DNA of 64,000 nt, from positions 130,433 through 194,432 of the forward strand of contig CAIZRG010000051.1 of the NCBI GenBank assembly GCA_903935335.1. The letters run 5' to 3'. Numbering within the stretch: position 1 is the first letter of the stretch; every line of letters begins with the position of its first letter. The notes under the pieces are model-generated. The model was not told the origin of the DNA. It searched no databases and saw only the letters and a program-made list of their open reading frames with translations. Positions 46,555 to 57,496 of the stretch are shown here, one piece after another. A program made the translations under genes and the position numbers. Source of the DNA: Oligoflexia bacterium. GTDB taxonomy: Bacteria > Bdellovibrionota > UBA1018.

Positions 46555-48589
46555 ATCACCTGTGATTCACCTGCTAGAATCAGGGGCTGTGAGTAAGATT
46601 CGAGATCTCATTTTATTTCTAATGATCCTTGGATATTCTGGATGCTCGAGCATTCCTAAAAAAATTCCTCCAGAAAAACCTTCACCTCCTCCTCCACCCC
46701 ATGAGACTTCTCTGAGTCGAGAGGAGAAAGATTATGACGAAATAGAACGACTGTTTGCAAGGAACCTCTACTCTGCTACAGAAACTAAAGTCCTCTCTTT
46801 TTTTCAGCTCTATCCCAATAGCCAATTCATTCCATCGGTTGAAAATATTTATGGACTTCTTTTACTTCAAACCAAAAAACCCGCTGAAGCTGCACTGCAT
46901 TTCCGAAAAGCAACGACATTGAATTCAAAACACCCCAGTTTTGTGAACTCAGTCTATTTCAATCTAGCAACCGCTGAATTAGAAGCTAACGAGATACAAA
47001 ATGCTGAAGCAACAACCCAGAAAATCAATCTACAAGAACTCAATCTAGCTAATCGCATTAAAGTTTATTACTTAAAAGCAAACCTTTTTGACAAAAAAGG
47101 ACTACCTCTTGAAACCTGTCGGCAACTTCTGACAGGAGCAAAAATATTACCAGACCCTGACTCTCAAAATACGAAAAAGCTATTTGCTCAACGCCTTGAT
47201 CAAGAACTAGAAAAACTAATCCCTATTCAAGCCGTAGAAAATTTATTACAAGAATTTAATGACTCGCCGTTGGCTGATTCTCTTCTTTTCAAGCTTGGCA
47301 CTACCAAATTGCCTCTGGGTCATACAGGAAACGAAGAAACTTACCTTCGAACTTTAATCACTCAATTTCCTCAAAGTTCTTACTATGCAGCAGCTTCAGA
47401 ACTTCTATCCCAAGTCCAATCCAAACTCCCTGTCAACAGTAGAACTATTGGTATTTTACTCCCAGTGAAGGGTAAATTTGGAAAGTTTGGCCTAAAAAGC
47501 CTACAAGGGATTCAGCTCGCCTTTGGCATTTTCAACATCAGTACTCCTGACTCCAAAATCAAACTGGTTATTGAGGACAGCGGAGAAACCCCAGAACAAG
47601 CCTTGAATGGATTTAATCGTTTGATCTTTAAACATCAGGTAGTCGCTGTCATTGGCCCAATGCTGACTAAAGGTGTCGATCAGGTAGCTCAAAGAGCTCA
47701 AGAACTAGGAGTCCCACTTATTTCACTCGCAAGAAGGGAAAGCACTTTTCAAGATTATGTCTTTCAAGGTGGACTCACTCAGCAGCTCCAAGCTCAGCAA
47801 ATTGCCCAATATGCTTTTCACTCCTTAGGAGCACGACGATTTGCTATGATTTATCCTAATGAAAAAATCGGATTAGAATCTAGCCAAAGTTTTTGGGATA
47901 CTATCCAAGCATTAGGAGGGAAAATTGTGGGTGCTGAAACGTACAACCCTGGAGAAACTGACTTCCGACAAGTCGTTGATAAACTTTCTGGACTGTACTA
48001 TGGAGAGGCTCGAAGCCACGAACTAGAACTCCTGGCACAGGAACGAGCAGCTAATAAAATTATTAGAAAAACTAGAAAAAATGAACAATTTTATCGTTTA
48101 AAGCCAATTGTAGACTACGATGCTGTATTTATTCCAGATGACCCTAGAATCGCTGGACAAATTCTTCCCACTTTTGCTTATCGGGATGTTGAAAATGTTA
48201 AATTTTTAGGGACTTCATCCTGGAATTCATCCGAATTTTTATCCAGAGCTCAATCCTATGCTGAACATGCTACTTTCGTCGATGCATTCTTTCCTCATAC
48301 AGACTTAGGTCTTGCTAAAGCTTTTACTGATGAGTATCAATCTACGTACGCTCAAGAACCTTCTTCCCTGGAAGCCCTCGCTTATGATGCAGGTCTCATC
48401 TTAAAAAATATAATTACCTCTTCCAGCAAAAACCTTTCTCGTTCTGAACTCCGAGATCAACTGAAGTTAATTCATGAGTTTCCAGGTGTAACTGGTAAAA
48501 TTTCTTATCGTAATGGGCAATTCTTCCGTGAGCTTACTGTGATTCGTGTTAAAAATGGGAATTTCTTAAAAGCTTTGCAAACTCAGTAG
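46547..48589 (+). CDS. LpoA-like lipoprotein (N-terminal TPR region plus periplasmic-binding-protein type 1 fold)
   Basis: Lipobox [11 protein letters not shown]-like N-terminal half. The C-terminal half has a type-1 PBP (Leu/Ile/Val-binding-like) pattern [14 protein letters not shown] ... VVAVIGPM. Confidence 0.55.
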   Translation: MARSPVIHLLESGAVSKIRDLILFLMILGYSGCSSIPKKIPPEKPSPPPPPHETSLSREEKDYDEIERLFARNLYSATETKVLSFFQLYPNSQFIPSVENIYGLLLLQTKKPAEAALHFRKATTLNSKHPSFVNSVYFNLATAELEANEIQNAEATTQKINLQELNLANRIKVYYLKANLFDKKGLPLETCRQLLTGAKILPDPDSQNTKKLFAQRLDQELEKLIPIQAVENLLQEFNDSPLADSLLFKLGTTKLPLGHTGNEETYLRTLITQFPQSSYYAAASELLSQVQSKLPVNSRTIGILLPVKGKFGKFGLKSLQGIQLAFGIFNISTPDSKIKLVIEDSGETPEQALNGFNRLIFKHQVVAVIGPMLTKGVDQVAQRAQELGVPLISLARRESTFQDYVFQGGLTQQLQAQQIAQYAFHSLGARRFAMIYPNEKIGLESSQSFWDTIQALGGKIVGAETYNPGETDFRQVVDKLSGLYYGEARSHELELLAQERAANKIIRKTRKNEQFYRLKPIVDYDAVFIPDDPRIAGQILPTFAYRDVENVKFLGTSSWNSSEFLSRAQSYAEHATFVDAFFPHTDLGLAKAFTDEYQSTYAQEPSSLEALAYDAGLILKNIITSSSKNLSRSELRDQLKLIHEFPGVTGKISYRNGQFFRELTVIRVKNGNFLKALQTQ

Positions 48590-48689
48590 AAAGACTTCGG
48601 CAAATTCTTCCGATTTTCAATTTTAAATTCTCTGTCATACTTAAAGAAGGGGAAATCTAAGACTTTAAATACCCCACATAGGAGGATCT

Positions 48690-50096
48690 TTGGGCCTACG
48701 AATGGACCCTATTGGCGGGGGACAATTTAAACAAGCTGTTCAGCAAATGATCGAAGCTGAAAAACAGCCAATTAAAAATCTTGAGGCTCGAAAAGCTAAA
48801 GAAGATACCCGACTTAAGCTATTTCAAGAATTCAAATCAAAATTTTCAGGATTTGACAAAGTGCTTAATGAAATCTCAAGTTTTAAAAAATTTAGAGATC
48901 TCAAGGTTGACCTTGGAAACGGGGAAAATCAAGTCAGTGTAACGATCGACAAGGGAAAAGCTGAACCTGGTCAATATTTAATTAAAATCGATGAATTAGC
49001 AGCTCGTACATCTACATTATCTAATGGATTTGAAAATCCAGATGAACCCTTCCTTGGAATTGGATTTATTAATCTAAATCTAGAAAACGGAGAGTCAACT
49101 GAAATCTATATTAACGAAAACACATCGAGTCTTCAAGGAATTGCCTCTGCCATCAATAATACTTCGAATTCACCAATTAGAGCTTCTGTAATTCGTGACG
49201 ACTCAGATCCAGAACTTCCATGGAGACTATTAATGGTCGGGAAAAAAGAAGGTTCTACTAATAATATTGAATTTCCTGAGTTTTATTTTATGGATTCACA
49301 AAAAGATTTTTATATCGATGAAGACCATGAATCAAAAAATGCATCACTGTCAATCGACGGATTTTCAATTGAATCTGAAAATAATGATATTCCTAATTTT
49401 TTACCTGGGGTTAATCTTCATTTAAAACAGGCAAATCCTGAAAATCCATTTTTTATAACAATTACAGAAGATTATCAAAAAATATCAGGAAAATTAAAAG
49501 GACTTATTGATCAAACAAATCAGGTATTGCAGTTTATCACAAGTCAGAATGCGATCGATCAAAGCACTGACACCACAACTACTTTTGGTGGAGACTCAAG
49601 TCTTCAAGCTGTGGAATATAAAATTCGCAACATCATCCATCAGCCCTATTTTTTAAATTCAAAAAACTCAGAAAATGCTTCTCATTTTTTTATAAATCAA
49701 ATCGGAATTGAGTTTGAGAAAACAGGGCAAATTACATTCCGAGAAGAAAAATTCAACAAGGCTCTTGAAGATAATTTTGAGGGCATCGCTCAAGTCATTT
49801 CAGGCCCTTCTGGACTTGCCCAACAGTTCAGATCTCTTATTGACAGTTACATGAGGTCTTCAGATGGATTTCTCACTATTAAAGAAAAAGGATTGAAAAG
49901 CAGAATTAAAGATATTGATGATCAAATTGACCGTAAAACTATTATACTAGAAAAGAAAAAACAAAGTCTTACTGATAAATTTTCAAGACTCCAAGCAACA
50001 TTAGGACAACTTCAATCACAACAACAATATCTCAGTGCAGCTTTACCAGCAGGTGGCAGCGGTGGAAATGTTATTTCCCAACTGATGGGCGGATAA
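48690..50096 (+). CDS. fliD: flagellar filament cap protein FliD
   Basis: N-terminal coiled coil and C-terminus FSRLQATLGQLQSQQQYLSAAL typical of FliD. Lies directly upstream of fliS. Start codon is uncertain: TTG at 48690 or ATG at 48702, after GGAGGA. Confidence 0.85.
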   Translation: MGLRMDPIGGGQFKQAVQQMIEAEKQPIKNLEARKAKEDTRLKLFQEFKSKFSGFDKVLNEISSFKKFRDLKVDLGNGENQVSVTIDKGKAEPGQYLIKIDELAARTSTLSNGFENPDEPFLGIGFINLNLENGESTEIYINENTSSLQGIASAINNTSNSPIRASVIRDDSDPELPWRLLMVGKKEGSTNNIEFPEFYFMDSQKDFYIDEDHESKNASLSIDGFSIESENNDIPNFLPGVNLHLKQANPENPFFITITEDYQKISGKLKGLIDQTNQVLQFITSQNAIDQSTDTTTTFGGDSSLQAVEYKIRNIIHQPYFLNSKNSENASHFFINQIGIEFEKTGQITFREEKFNKALEDNFEGIAQVISGPSGLAQQFRSLIDSYMRSSDGFLTIKEKGLKSRIKDIDDQIDRKTIILEKKKQSLTDKFSRLQATLGQLQSQQQYLSAALPAGGSGGNVISQLMGG

Positions 50097-50126
50097 AAAT
50101 TAAAAAGAAAAACTAAGGACTAGATT

Positions 50127-50522
50127 ATGTCTGGAAATCATATAGCAAACCAATACAAGCAAATGTCTATTAAAACTGCTAATCGAGGTCAACTCCTCAT
50201 CATGCTTTATGAGTCTGCAATTCAAAACATCAGAAAAGCAATTATTTCAATTGAAAAAAACAACCTCTCCACTAAAGGCCAAGCTATTACTAAAGCTCAT
50301 GATATCATTAATGAACTTGCTAATACACTTGATTTTGAAGTGGGAGGAGAAATCGCAAAAGATCTAGAAAGACTTTATAACTTTATGATTGAACAACTAG
50401 TTAAAGCAAATATTGAAAAATCAAAAGAACCTCTCTTAGCTGTCCAAAAACTATTAGAAACTTTACTGAGCGCATGGAAAGAAGCCATAATTTCATTCAA
50501 CAAAGAAAACCCTCGACCTTAA
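50127..50522 (+). CDS. fliS: flagellin-specific chaperone FliS
   Basis: 131-aa four-helix-bundle family protein with N-terminus YKQMSIKTANRGQLLIMLYESAIQNI. Confidence 0.85.
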   Translation: MSGNHIANQYKQMSIKTANRGQLLIMLYESAIQNIRKAIISIEKNNLSTKGQAITKAHDIINELANTLDFEVGGEIAKDLERLYNFMIEQLVKANIEKSKEPLLAVQKLLETLLSAWKEAIISFNKENPRP

Positions 50523-50538
50523 GAAAGACTTTATTGAG

Positions 50539-50967
50539 ATGGACCTATTGAAGATACTTCAAAGCCAAAATCGCTGCTTAAATCAGGTCATTAAAAGATC
50601 AACAGAATTTTTAAATTTATCAAAACAAGGGGATTTATCTCAACTAAAAAAGTTCGAAGAATATCGTAAATTTTCGTTCAAAACGATAAAAATGTACGAT
50701 CAGAAAATAAAGTTTTTCCAAAAAATTTCAGAAAACTCTAAAAACGATGAAACAACACTTTTTTCGATTAAAAAAATAAAAACTGCAAGGCAAAATTTAA
50801 TTTATTCAATCTTAAAAATTGATCGTGAAATTATTAAAATTCTTCAAAAAGAAAAAGAATCTATTCTTGAGGAAATTTCTTATGAACAAAAAACAAATCA
50901 TTTCATGAGAAAATTTAAAAGTAAATGGATTTCTGAAGCCGGTAAAAAGCTAGATGAAAAACTATGA
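50539..50967 (+). CDS. hypothetical small helical protein in the fliD-fliS cluster (the usual position of FliT/FlgN-type chaperones)
   Basis: 142 aa, overlapping the next gene by 4 bp. Lysine-rich and helical. Positional inference only. Confidence 0.4.
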   Translation: MDLLKILQSQNRCLNQVIKRSTEFLNLSKQGDLSQLKKFEEYRKFSFKTIKMYDQKIKFFQKISENSKNDETTLFSIKKIKTARQNLIYSILKIDREIIKILQKEKESILEEISYEQKTNHFMRKFKSKWISEAGKKLDEKL

Positions 50968-52136
50968 ATAATTTTAATCATGAAATTTCTAATATTATTA
51001 AAAAACAACTCCAGCTAAAAAATCTAGAACTAGTGGAGATGTTACCGATTCCAACGCACAGTGACAAAATAGTTCGAGCTCAAACTTTAAAAGAATTGAT
51101 AGAAGATATCGAAGAAAACCATAACCCAGACACAATAGAATACCTTGTTCAAATCAAACATCAATATAAAAACAAAAACTATAATTTAAATTCTAAAAAA
51201 TTTAAAAATAAAATTTCTTATGAAAATATTTACCTCTCTAACGGGAAAATTAATGTACCTTATCTGATTAAGAATGGAGATCTTTTACTGAACGCTGGAG
51301 ATTACAACCTTGCAAGAAATATTTTTCAAGTCCTTCTTCAGTCTGGAGAACAGATGAGCTCAGTTCTCTATAGAATAGGAAAAAGTTTTGAATCTGAAGG
51401 GAATCTTAAGGATGCTCAAAACTACTACGAAGAATCTGTTGTTTACCAACCTTCCTTAAAGGTCTATCAGCGTTTAGGAGCAGTCCTTATTTTCCAAAAA
51501 AAAGACGCCAAAGCCGGAGAAGTCTTTGAGCGAGCATTAAATTTAAAAGAACTTTCTAATGAAATTAAATTTGAGCTTCATAAAGCTTCAGGAAATTGCT
51601 GGACTAGGGCCAAAAAATTTGAAAATGCTGAAAATCATTTTTTAAAAGCTCTTGAGATCAACCCAACTGCAGATGAAATTCGATCTAACTTAGGAACTCT
51701 TTATTTTCAAAGTAAAAAATTCACCGAAGCTAAGCGACATTTTAGTGACGCTATTGCCTCAAATCCAAGTAACCATCTTGCAATTACTGGACTTGGCTTA
51801 TGCTCACTCTCAGCAGGAGACAAAACAACCGCCCACGACTATTTTGCACAATCGTTGGATTTATATTTAAATAACCCTATAGCTATTTTTTACTTAATAA
51901 AATGTGCCTATGAGATTAAGGTTTATAAAACTGCTGCTCAGTTTTTGGAATGCTATATTCAGATCTCTCCTATTAATGCAAATCTAATGTATAGCCTCGC
52001 TGGACTTGAATTTCACCTGGGAAAAATCTCTGAATCAAAATTAACTGCTTTAAAAACCCTTGAGCTTCAACCTCAACACTTACAAGCAAAGGAACTCTTG
52101 AATTTAATTGAACGATACTCCAGTTCAGCGGAATAA
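50964..52136 (+). CDS. TPR-repeat protein
   Basis: At least 6 TPR-like 34-aa repeats are visible (the pattern A..YY..S...P... recurs). Confidence 0.65.
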   Translation: MNNFNHEISNIIKKQLQLKNLELVEMLPIPTHSDKIVRAQTLKELIEDIEENHNPDTIEYLVQIKHQYKNKNYNLNSKKFKNKISYENIYLSNGKINVPYLIKNGDLLLNAGDYNLARNIFQVLLQSGEQMSSVLYRIGKSFESEGNLKDAQNYYEESVVYQPSLKVYQRLGAVLIFQKKDAKAGEVFERALNLKELSNEIKFELHKASGNCWTRAKKFENAENHFLKALEINPTADEIRSNLGTLYFQSKKFTEAKRHFSDAIASNPSNHLAITGLGLCSLSAGDKTTAHDYFAQSLDLYLNNPIAIFYLIKCAYEIKVYKTAAQFLECYIQISPINANLMYSLAGLEFHLGKISESKLTALKTLELQPQHLQAKELLNLIERYSSSAE

Positions 52137-52197
52137 TAAAATGAAAGACCATTATTTTTGTGGGGGAGGATAAGTGGCTACACAAACTGAATATCTT

Positions 52198-52317
52198 ATG
52201 GGTGAAATTATTGATGATCCTGAAAACGAGAAAAAAGATGTCCAAATGCTTTTAGCTAGTTTTCTAGATTCACTCCTCAAGGAACAACAGGATCAATCCA
52301 GTTTGGAGCAGTTATGA
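52198..52317 (+). CDS. possible small ORF (39 aa, MGEIIDDPENEKKDVQMLLASFLDSLLKEQQDQSSLEQL), translationally coupled (ATGA) to the GT9 gene
   Basis: Preceded by GGGGGAGGA. Its stop codon overlaps the start of 52314..54140. A GTG start at 52174 is also possible. Confidence 0.25.
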   Translation: MGEIIDDPENEKKDVQMLLASFLDSLLKEQQDQSSLEQL

Positions 52318-54140
52318 GCTATGCCCACCTCCCAGCTACTGACTCAAAGCAACCAATTCATTGTTTAGTAGTCCAGTTAGCACGATTAGGAGATACTCTT
52401 CAAAGTCTTATGGCTTTGAGAGCAGCAAAACAACTTTATCCTCAACTTGAAATTCATTTTCTTGCTCGAGAGCGATTTTCCTGCGCTGCGAAAAAAATCC
52501 CTTGGATCACTCAAGTCATCTCGTTCCCCTCAAAAGAATTATTAGTTCCAATTATAGAAAGGAAAATCAACCGGGAAGAAGCATTGAAAAACCTTACCCA
52601 ATGGGTGATTCCTCTGACAAAAAAACCTTGGGATCTGATCATCAACTGGACTTATTCAGAATCCAGTAGTTATTTGACTCGTCTGCTACCAGCCCGAATC
52701 CGTTTAGGCTATACTCGCCATCTGGACTTAAGCTTAATTGGGGCAGATGGATGGAGTCAATTTATCCAGGGCATTGTACAGGGAAATGTCCATCAAAATA
52801 TTCATTTGACTGACATCCTCACTACCCAACTTCTCACCGCCCTTCAAATTCATGCCGGAGATCCTCAAAACGAAGGGAATTCTGTTGTCACTTCAAAAAG
52901 TTTTTTTACTCTTTCTATAGATGAAGATGGTCTTAATCTTCTAAAAAACCATGCGAAAAAATGGATTTCAATTCAATTGGGAGCTAGTCAAAAATCTAAG
53001 AAATGGGATTCTATAAAATGGGCTCAATTTATTTCTTTTATATTAAGTAATCATTTAGACTACGGAGTCGTACTCTTAGGAAGCAAAGAAGACATTCCCT
53101 GTGTCGATGAAATTCAAAATTATCTTTACCCCTTGGGTCAAGACTGCAAAAGATTAGTCTCTCTCGTAGATAAAACAGACTTTGATCATTGGGCAACCAT
53201 CATTGCTCAAAGCCAGTGGCTTCTAGCTGGAGATACAGCGGCCATTCATCTCGCCAGTGTCTTAGGAACACCTGTGATTAATCTCTCGATTGGCCCTGTT
53301 CGTTATCACGAAACAGGACCCTATGGAAATATTCATTATGTAGTTAAAACAAAAGACACGCTTCAATTGAATGAAAATTTTTCAGCTGAAGCTCTCTATG
53401 GTTTGTGGTCTTATGTCTCAAGTGATAGGCTTCACCAAAAACAAGTTTCACTCGAATACTATTTTCATAACTTGGAGTGGAAAAATCATCTAGAAAAGAT
53501 ACAAGTCTATCGCACAAAAATTCGGAATCCTACGGATGGGGGCGGGGTTGTATTTGAACCTATGATCAAAAGACCTTTTTCGGTTGAAGAATGGACTGCA
53601 ATGGTTATGGGACAAATAGCTAGGTCCTGGTATTGTGGCTGGACACCTCCTACAGGTCAGGAACTGATTCAAGAAAATATTCATCCAAAATTGATTAGGA
53701 CTTTGAGAGAACTCCAAGAATCTATGGATGTATTGAAAAAAATCTGTGATCAAGCCAGTCAAATTGGACTTCTCTTGAGTCGTAAAGGTTCTTCTCTGAA
53801 ATCCAATGTTCTTATGAATCTGAAAGATCGAGAAGAAATTCAGGAGTTAGGTCAAACCCTAGTAGAACTTGAAGATCTAGTTACCCGCCTAGGCAAAAAC
53901 CAGCCTCCTCTTCTTGCTTTCTCTCAGATGAGTCAAATTTTTATGCATCACCTAAAAGGAAATGACTTAAAGACTCTTGGAAGTGAAACCTCCCAACGCT
54001 ACCAACAACTGAAAGAAGGCGTAGAAATTTTTAGAGAATGGATCACCTTTACACTCAATATGGCGAAACCTAGAACGGTAAAACCAGAAATCCAACCCAA
54101 TCTTAAAGAAGAATCATCTGGAGTCCTCTCCCCTATTTGA
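52314..54140 (+). CDS. GT9-family glycosyltransferase (heptosyltransferase-like) with a ~250-aa C-terminal extension
   Basis: N-terminus IHCLVVQLARLGDTLQSLMALRAAKQLYPQLEIHFLAR matches the ADP-heptose:LPS heptosyltransferase fold. Typical family members are ~330-350 aa; this one is 608 aa. Confidence 0.7.
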   Translation: MSYAHLPATDSKQPIHCLVVQLARLGDTLQSLMALRAAKQLYPQLEIHFLARERFSCAAKKIPWITQVISFPSKELLVPIIERKINREEALKNLTQWVIPLTKKPWDLIINWTYSESSSYLTRLLPARIRLGYTRHLDLSLIGADGWSQFIQGIVQGNVHQNIHLTDILTTQLLTALQIHAGDPQNEGNSVVTSKSFFTLSIDEDGLNLLKNHAKKWISIQLGASQKSKKWDSIKWAQFISFILSNHLDYGVVLLGSKEDIPCVDEIQNYLYPLGQDCKRLVSLVDKTDFDHWATIIAQSQWLLAGDTAAIHLASVLGTPVINLSIGPVRYHETGPYGNIHYVVKTKDTLQLNENFSAEALYGLWSYVSSDRLHQKQVSLEYYFHNLEWKNHLEKIQVYRTKIRNPTDGGGVVFEPMIKRPFSVEEWTAMVMGQIARSWYCGWTPPTGQELIQENIHPKLIRTLRELQESMDVLKKICDQASQIGLLLSRKGSSLKSNVLMNLKDREEIQELGQTLVELEDLVTRLGKNQPPLLAFSQMSQIFMHHLKGNDLKTLGSETSQRYQQLKEGVEIFREWITFTLNMAKPRTVKPEIQPNLKEESSGVLSPI

Positions 54141-54177
54141 CTAGAACCTGAGCAATGATAAAGTACTGAGTACACCT

Positions 54178-55095
54178 ATGAAAAATACAAAATCTGTTTG
54201 GATCAAAAAAATTGGACTTGTTGTAAAACATCGACAAAGTGATGCAGCGTCTTTTGCCATTGAACTGGCTCAGTTCATTCTCTCAAAGAAAGTAAAACTA
54301 GTTTTTTCCGAGGAAAGCCGGCTTCTTGCCCAAAGTTTGATCAAAAATATCAAGAATGATCGAAACATTGAAATCACGTCTAAAACAGAACTCATGGACG
54401 AATGTGATTTAATTGTAGTACTCGGTGGAGATGGGACATTTCTTAGTATTGCACGGTTAATCCAAAAAAAAAGTACTCCCCTCATAGGCATCAATATGGG
54501 GCAACTTGGATTTTTAACTGAAATTAAACAAACTGAAGCAATTCAACTTTTAGGAGAGCTCATTGCTGGAAAATCTCCCACCTTCCAAACTCGGTCTCTC
54601 CTTGAAGTTACCCTCCGCAGAAACAACAAGATCATTTTTAAAGGACCTGTAGTCAATGATGCGGTGATTTCAAAAGGAGCTATTGCAAGAATCATTGGAA
54701 TGAAAATCTGGGTGAACAGTCAATGGGTTCACCAAGTTCGAGCAGATGGAATTATTGTCAGCACCCCTACAGGATCAACTGCTTATGCATTAGCTGCTGG
54801 GGGACCTATTGTTGAACCCTCAGTTGCAGCCATTATTTTAGCTCCAATCTGTCCCCATAGTTTGACTTTAAGACCGATGGTTCTTCCTGAAAGCTGTGAA
54901 ATAAAAATTTGCCTGAATCATCGCCCCGGCCATGTCCTGCTCACCTTAGATGGCCAAGACGTCATCAATATGAAAGAAGACGACATTGTTTCTATTCGAT
55001 GCTATAAAGAGCACTCTCTCAAAATTATTTCATCACCCAGCAGAGACTATTACAGTTTATTGAGAGAAAAACTCAAATTTGGGGCACGGGATTAA
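54178..55095 (+). CDS. nadK: NAD+ kinase
   Basis: Motifs GGDGTFL, NDAVISKG and TPTGSTAYALAAGGP. Confidence 0.9.
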   Translation: MKNTKSVWIKKIGLVVKHRQSDAASFAIELAQFILSKKVKLVFSEESRLLAQSLIKNIKNDRNIEITSKTELMDECDLIVVLGGDGTFLSIARLIQKKSTPLIGINMGQLGFLTEIKQTEAIQLLGELIAGKSPTFQTRSLLEVTLRRNNKIIFKGPVVNDAVISKGAIARIIGMKIWVNSQWVHQVRADGIIVSTPTGSTAYALAAGGPIVEPSVAAIILAPICPHSLTLRPMVLPESCEIKICLNHRPGHVLLTLDGQDVINMKEDDIVSIRCYKEHSLKIISSPSRDYYSLLREKLKFGARD

Positions 55096-56825
55096 TGCTG
55101 GAAGTTCTTAGAATTAAAAATATTGCGATTATTGATGAAGCTGAAATTTTCTTTAAAACAGGGTTAAACATCCTCTCTGGAGAAACAGGAGCAGGAAAAT
55201 CCATTATCATTGAAGCGATTTCTCTCTTGCTAGGCAGTCGAGCAAGTGCTGAACTGATTCGTTCTGGCTGTGATGAAGCAGTGATTGAGGGATTATTTCA
55301 AATTTCTAATATTCCGTGGATTGCTTCCCGTCTTGAGCAATTTGGCTTTGCCTCTCAAACTAGAGAACTTCTCATCAAGAGAACGGTCCACCGAGCAGGT
55401 AGACATCGCATTACGATCAATGGAGAGCTTGCCACACTCTCTACTCTAGAGAATATCTGTGAAGGATTGATCGATCTTTGTAGTCAGCATGAGCATCAGT
55501 CTCTTCTTAAGCCAAGTACCCAGATAGAACTCCTTGACCGATATGGAGGGCTTACGGAGCAAGCCAAACAAGTTTCAGTTTTATTCAAGCAGACTCAATC
55601 CTTACGCCAAGAACAAGAAGATTTACAAAGAGAAGACTTGGAACGGGAGAGGAAAAAGAGTTTTTTAAAATTTCAAATTGACGAGATTCGAGAGGCTCAA
55701 CTCCTTTCCAAGGAAGATCAGTTGCTTCATGAAGAAAAACAACTTCTTCAATCCGCTGAAGCTCGAGTTCAAGTAGCCCACCATGCTCTGCAGATCCTAG
55801 AATCAGAAGAAACGGGTACTGCAACCCAACTTCGTATAGCTTTACAAAAACTTCGCTCCCTCCAACTCTTAGACCCTCGAGTGCAATCCATGGCAGAAGC
55901 CCTTGAGCAAGCGGTCTTAGAAACAGAAGAAGTTACTCTTTCTCTCAGGCGTTATGTCTCATCGATTGAGCTCAATCCTGAACGACTCCAAAGCCTTCAA
56001 GATCGACTCTCACTCTTATCTGACTTAAAAAGAAAATATGGAAATACGTTTCAGGATATTTTTTCTCATTTAGAAAAAATCGAAAAAGAATTTTTTGATT
56101 TAAATTTAATCGATGAAAAAACTAAAACTATTAAAATTAAACTTCATCAATCTGAAGAGGAATTACTGACAATAGGAAAAAAGCTATCCCAAGCCAGAGA
56201 GAATGTTAAGAAATTATTAGAAAATTCTGTAACAACAGAACTCAAAGACTTAAAAATGGACGAAGCAAAATTCTTAATTGAACTATCTTCAAAAGATTCA
56301 CTTTTGAAATGGACTCCATCTGGAGCTGATACCATTCAATTTATGGTCCAAACCAATCGAGGAGAACCTCCCAGACCTTTAGGAAAGGTCGCCTCAGGAG
56401 GTGAATTATCTAGGCTCATGTTAGCTATTCGTCATGTGATTTCAGATCGGGGTGGAATTGGCGTCTACCTTTTTGATGAAATTGATACAGGAATGGGTGG
56501 ACAGACTGCCTTTCAAGTCGGTAAAAAGCTCAAATCAGTTGCTTCATATAATCAAGTGATCTGCATTACCCACTTGCCTCAAGTTGCTTCGTTTGCTGAT
56601 CATCATTTAGTCGTTCGAAAATCTTCTGAAGGTACTCGAACGAAAACTGAAATTACAAGCTTGAGTCACCCAGAAAAGAAAGAAGAACTTGCTCGAATGT
56701 TGGGAGGACCCAAGCTCACCCAAAAAAGTCTAGAAAACGCGTCTGAACTTTTAGAGCTTGCAAAAAACTCTGAGTTAAAACCCCCTCATTCAAGAAAATC
56801 GCTCCATGAAAACTTGATCCTCTAA
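55095..56825 (+). CDS. recN: DNA repair protein RecN
   Basis: N-terminal Walker A GETGAGKS. Long coiled-coil middle. C-terminal signature GGELSRLMLA and Walker B LFDEIDTG. Confidence 0.9.
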   Translation: MLEVLRIKNIAIIDEAEIFFKTGLNILSGETGAGKSIIIEAISLLLGSRASAELIRSGCDEAVIEGLFQISNIPWIASRLEQFGFASQTRELLIKRTVHRAGRHRITINGELATLSTLENICEGLIDLCSQHEHQSLLKPSTQIELLDRYGGLTEQAKQVSVLFKQTQSLRQEQEDLQREDLERERKKSFLKFQIDEIREAQLLSKEDQLLHEEKQLLQSAEARVQVAHHALQILESEETGTATQLRIALQKLRSLQLLDPRVQSMAEALEQAVLETEEVTLSLRRYVSSIELNPERLQSLQDRLSLLSDLKRKYGNTFQDIFSHLEKIEKEFFDLNLIDEKTKTIKIKLHQSEEELLTIGKKLSQARENVKKLLENSVTTELKDLKMDEAKFLIELSSKDSLLKWTPSGADTIQFMVQTNRGEPPRPLGKVASGGELSRLMLAIRHVISDRGGIGVYLFDEIDTGMGGQTAFQVGKKLKSVASYNQVICITHLPQVASFADHHLVVRKSSEGTRTKTEITSLSHPEKKEELARMLGGPKLTQKSLENASELLELAKNSELKPPHSRKSLHENLIL

Positions 56826-57494
56826 AATTCCACACTGAGACAAGATCTGAATCAAAACTTGAATCATTCCAGAAGGTCCACATAAATAGTAATCTGCCTT
56901 TGGATAAATCAACTCTGGGTGGTTCAATAGAAGTTGATCCACTCTCCCTGGCTCAACTCCAAATGATTGACCGACTTCAGCAGTCAAAAAAACCTTTAAC
57001 TTGCCTGACGACTGATCAGCAAGATCTAAAAGCTCTTGCTTCCATGGAATTTCTGATGCCTCTTGACAACCATAGAGAAGCTTCAGAGTTAAAGAAGGTA
57101 AAGACTGACTTAAAAGATCGTGTAAAAAAGACCGAATCGGACTCAGCCCAGATCCTCCAGCCATAAAAATGAGGGGGCGATCCACTCTTTGAATTTGAAA
57201 CTCCCCACGAGGTTCAGAAAGCACGACTGTCTGCTCATGAGAAAAATTCTTAAAAAATTTTACCCCTCGGCCATCACCCGAAGTCTGAATACAAAACTCT
57301 AAAGCTTGAGAGGAGGGTGGACTTGCAATAGAATAAATTCTCTCAAAAGAACCTTGCTCATCCTTTAAAATGAGATGAATGTACTGCCCAGCAAGATAAT
57401 GAAAGCCTATAGGACGCTTCATCGTGAGCAATAAATAATTTTTGGAAATCGCTTGAACTCTCAATAATTGAGTTTTAAACTTTCTCATTTTCAT
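56790..57494 (-). CDS. FNR-type FAD/NAD(P)-binding oxidoreductase (ferredoxin reductase-like)
   Basis: RIYSIAS (FAD-binding R-x-Y-S) and MAGGSGLSPI (NAD-binding GGxGxxP) motifs. Convergent with recN, overlapping it by 36 bp. Confidence 0.7.
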   Translation of the reverse strand: MKMRKFKTQLLRVQAISKNYLLLTMKRPIGFHYLAGQYIHLILKDEQGSFERIYSIASPPSSQALEFCIQTSGDGRGVKFFKNFSHEQTVVLSEPRGEFQIQRVDRPLIFMAGGSGLSPIRSFLHDLLSQSLPSLTLKLLYGCQEASEIPWKQELLDLADQSSGKLKVFLTAEVGQSFGVEPGRVDQLLLNHPELIYPKADYYLCGPSGMIQVLIQILSQCGILEDQVFMERFS

Positions 57495-57496
57495 TC

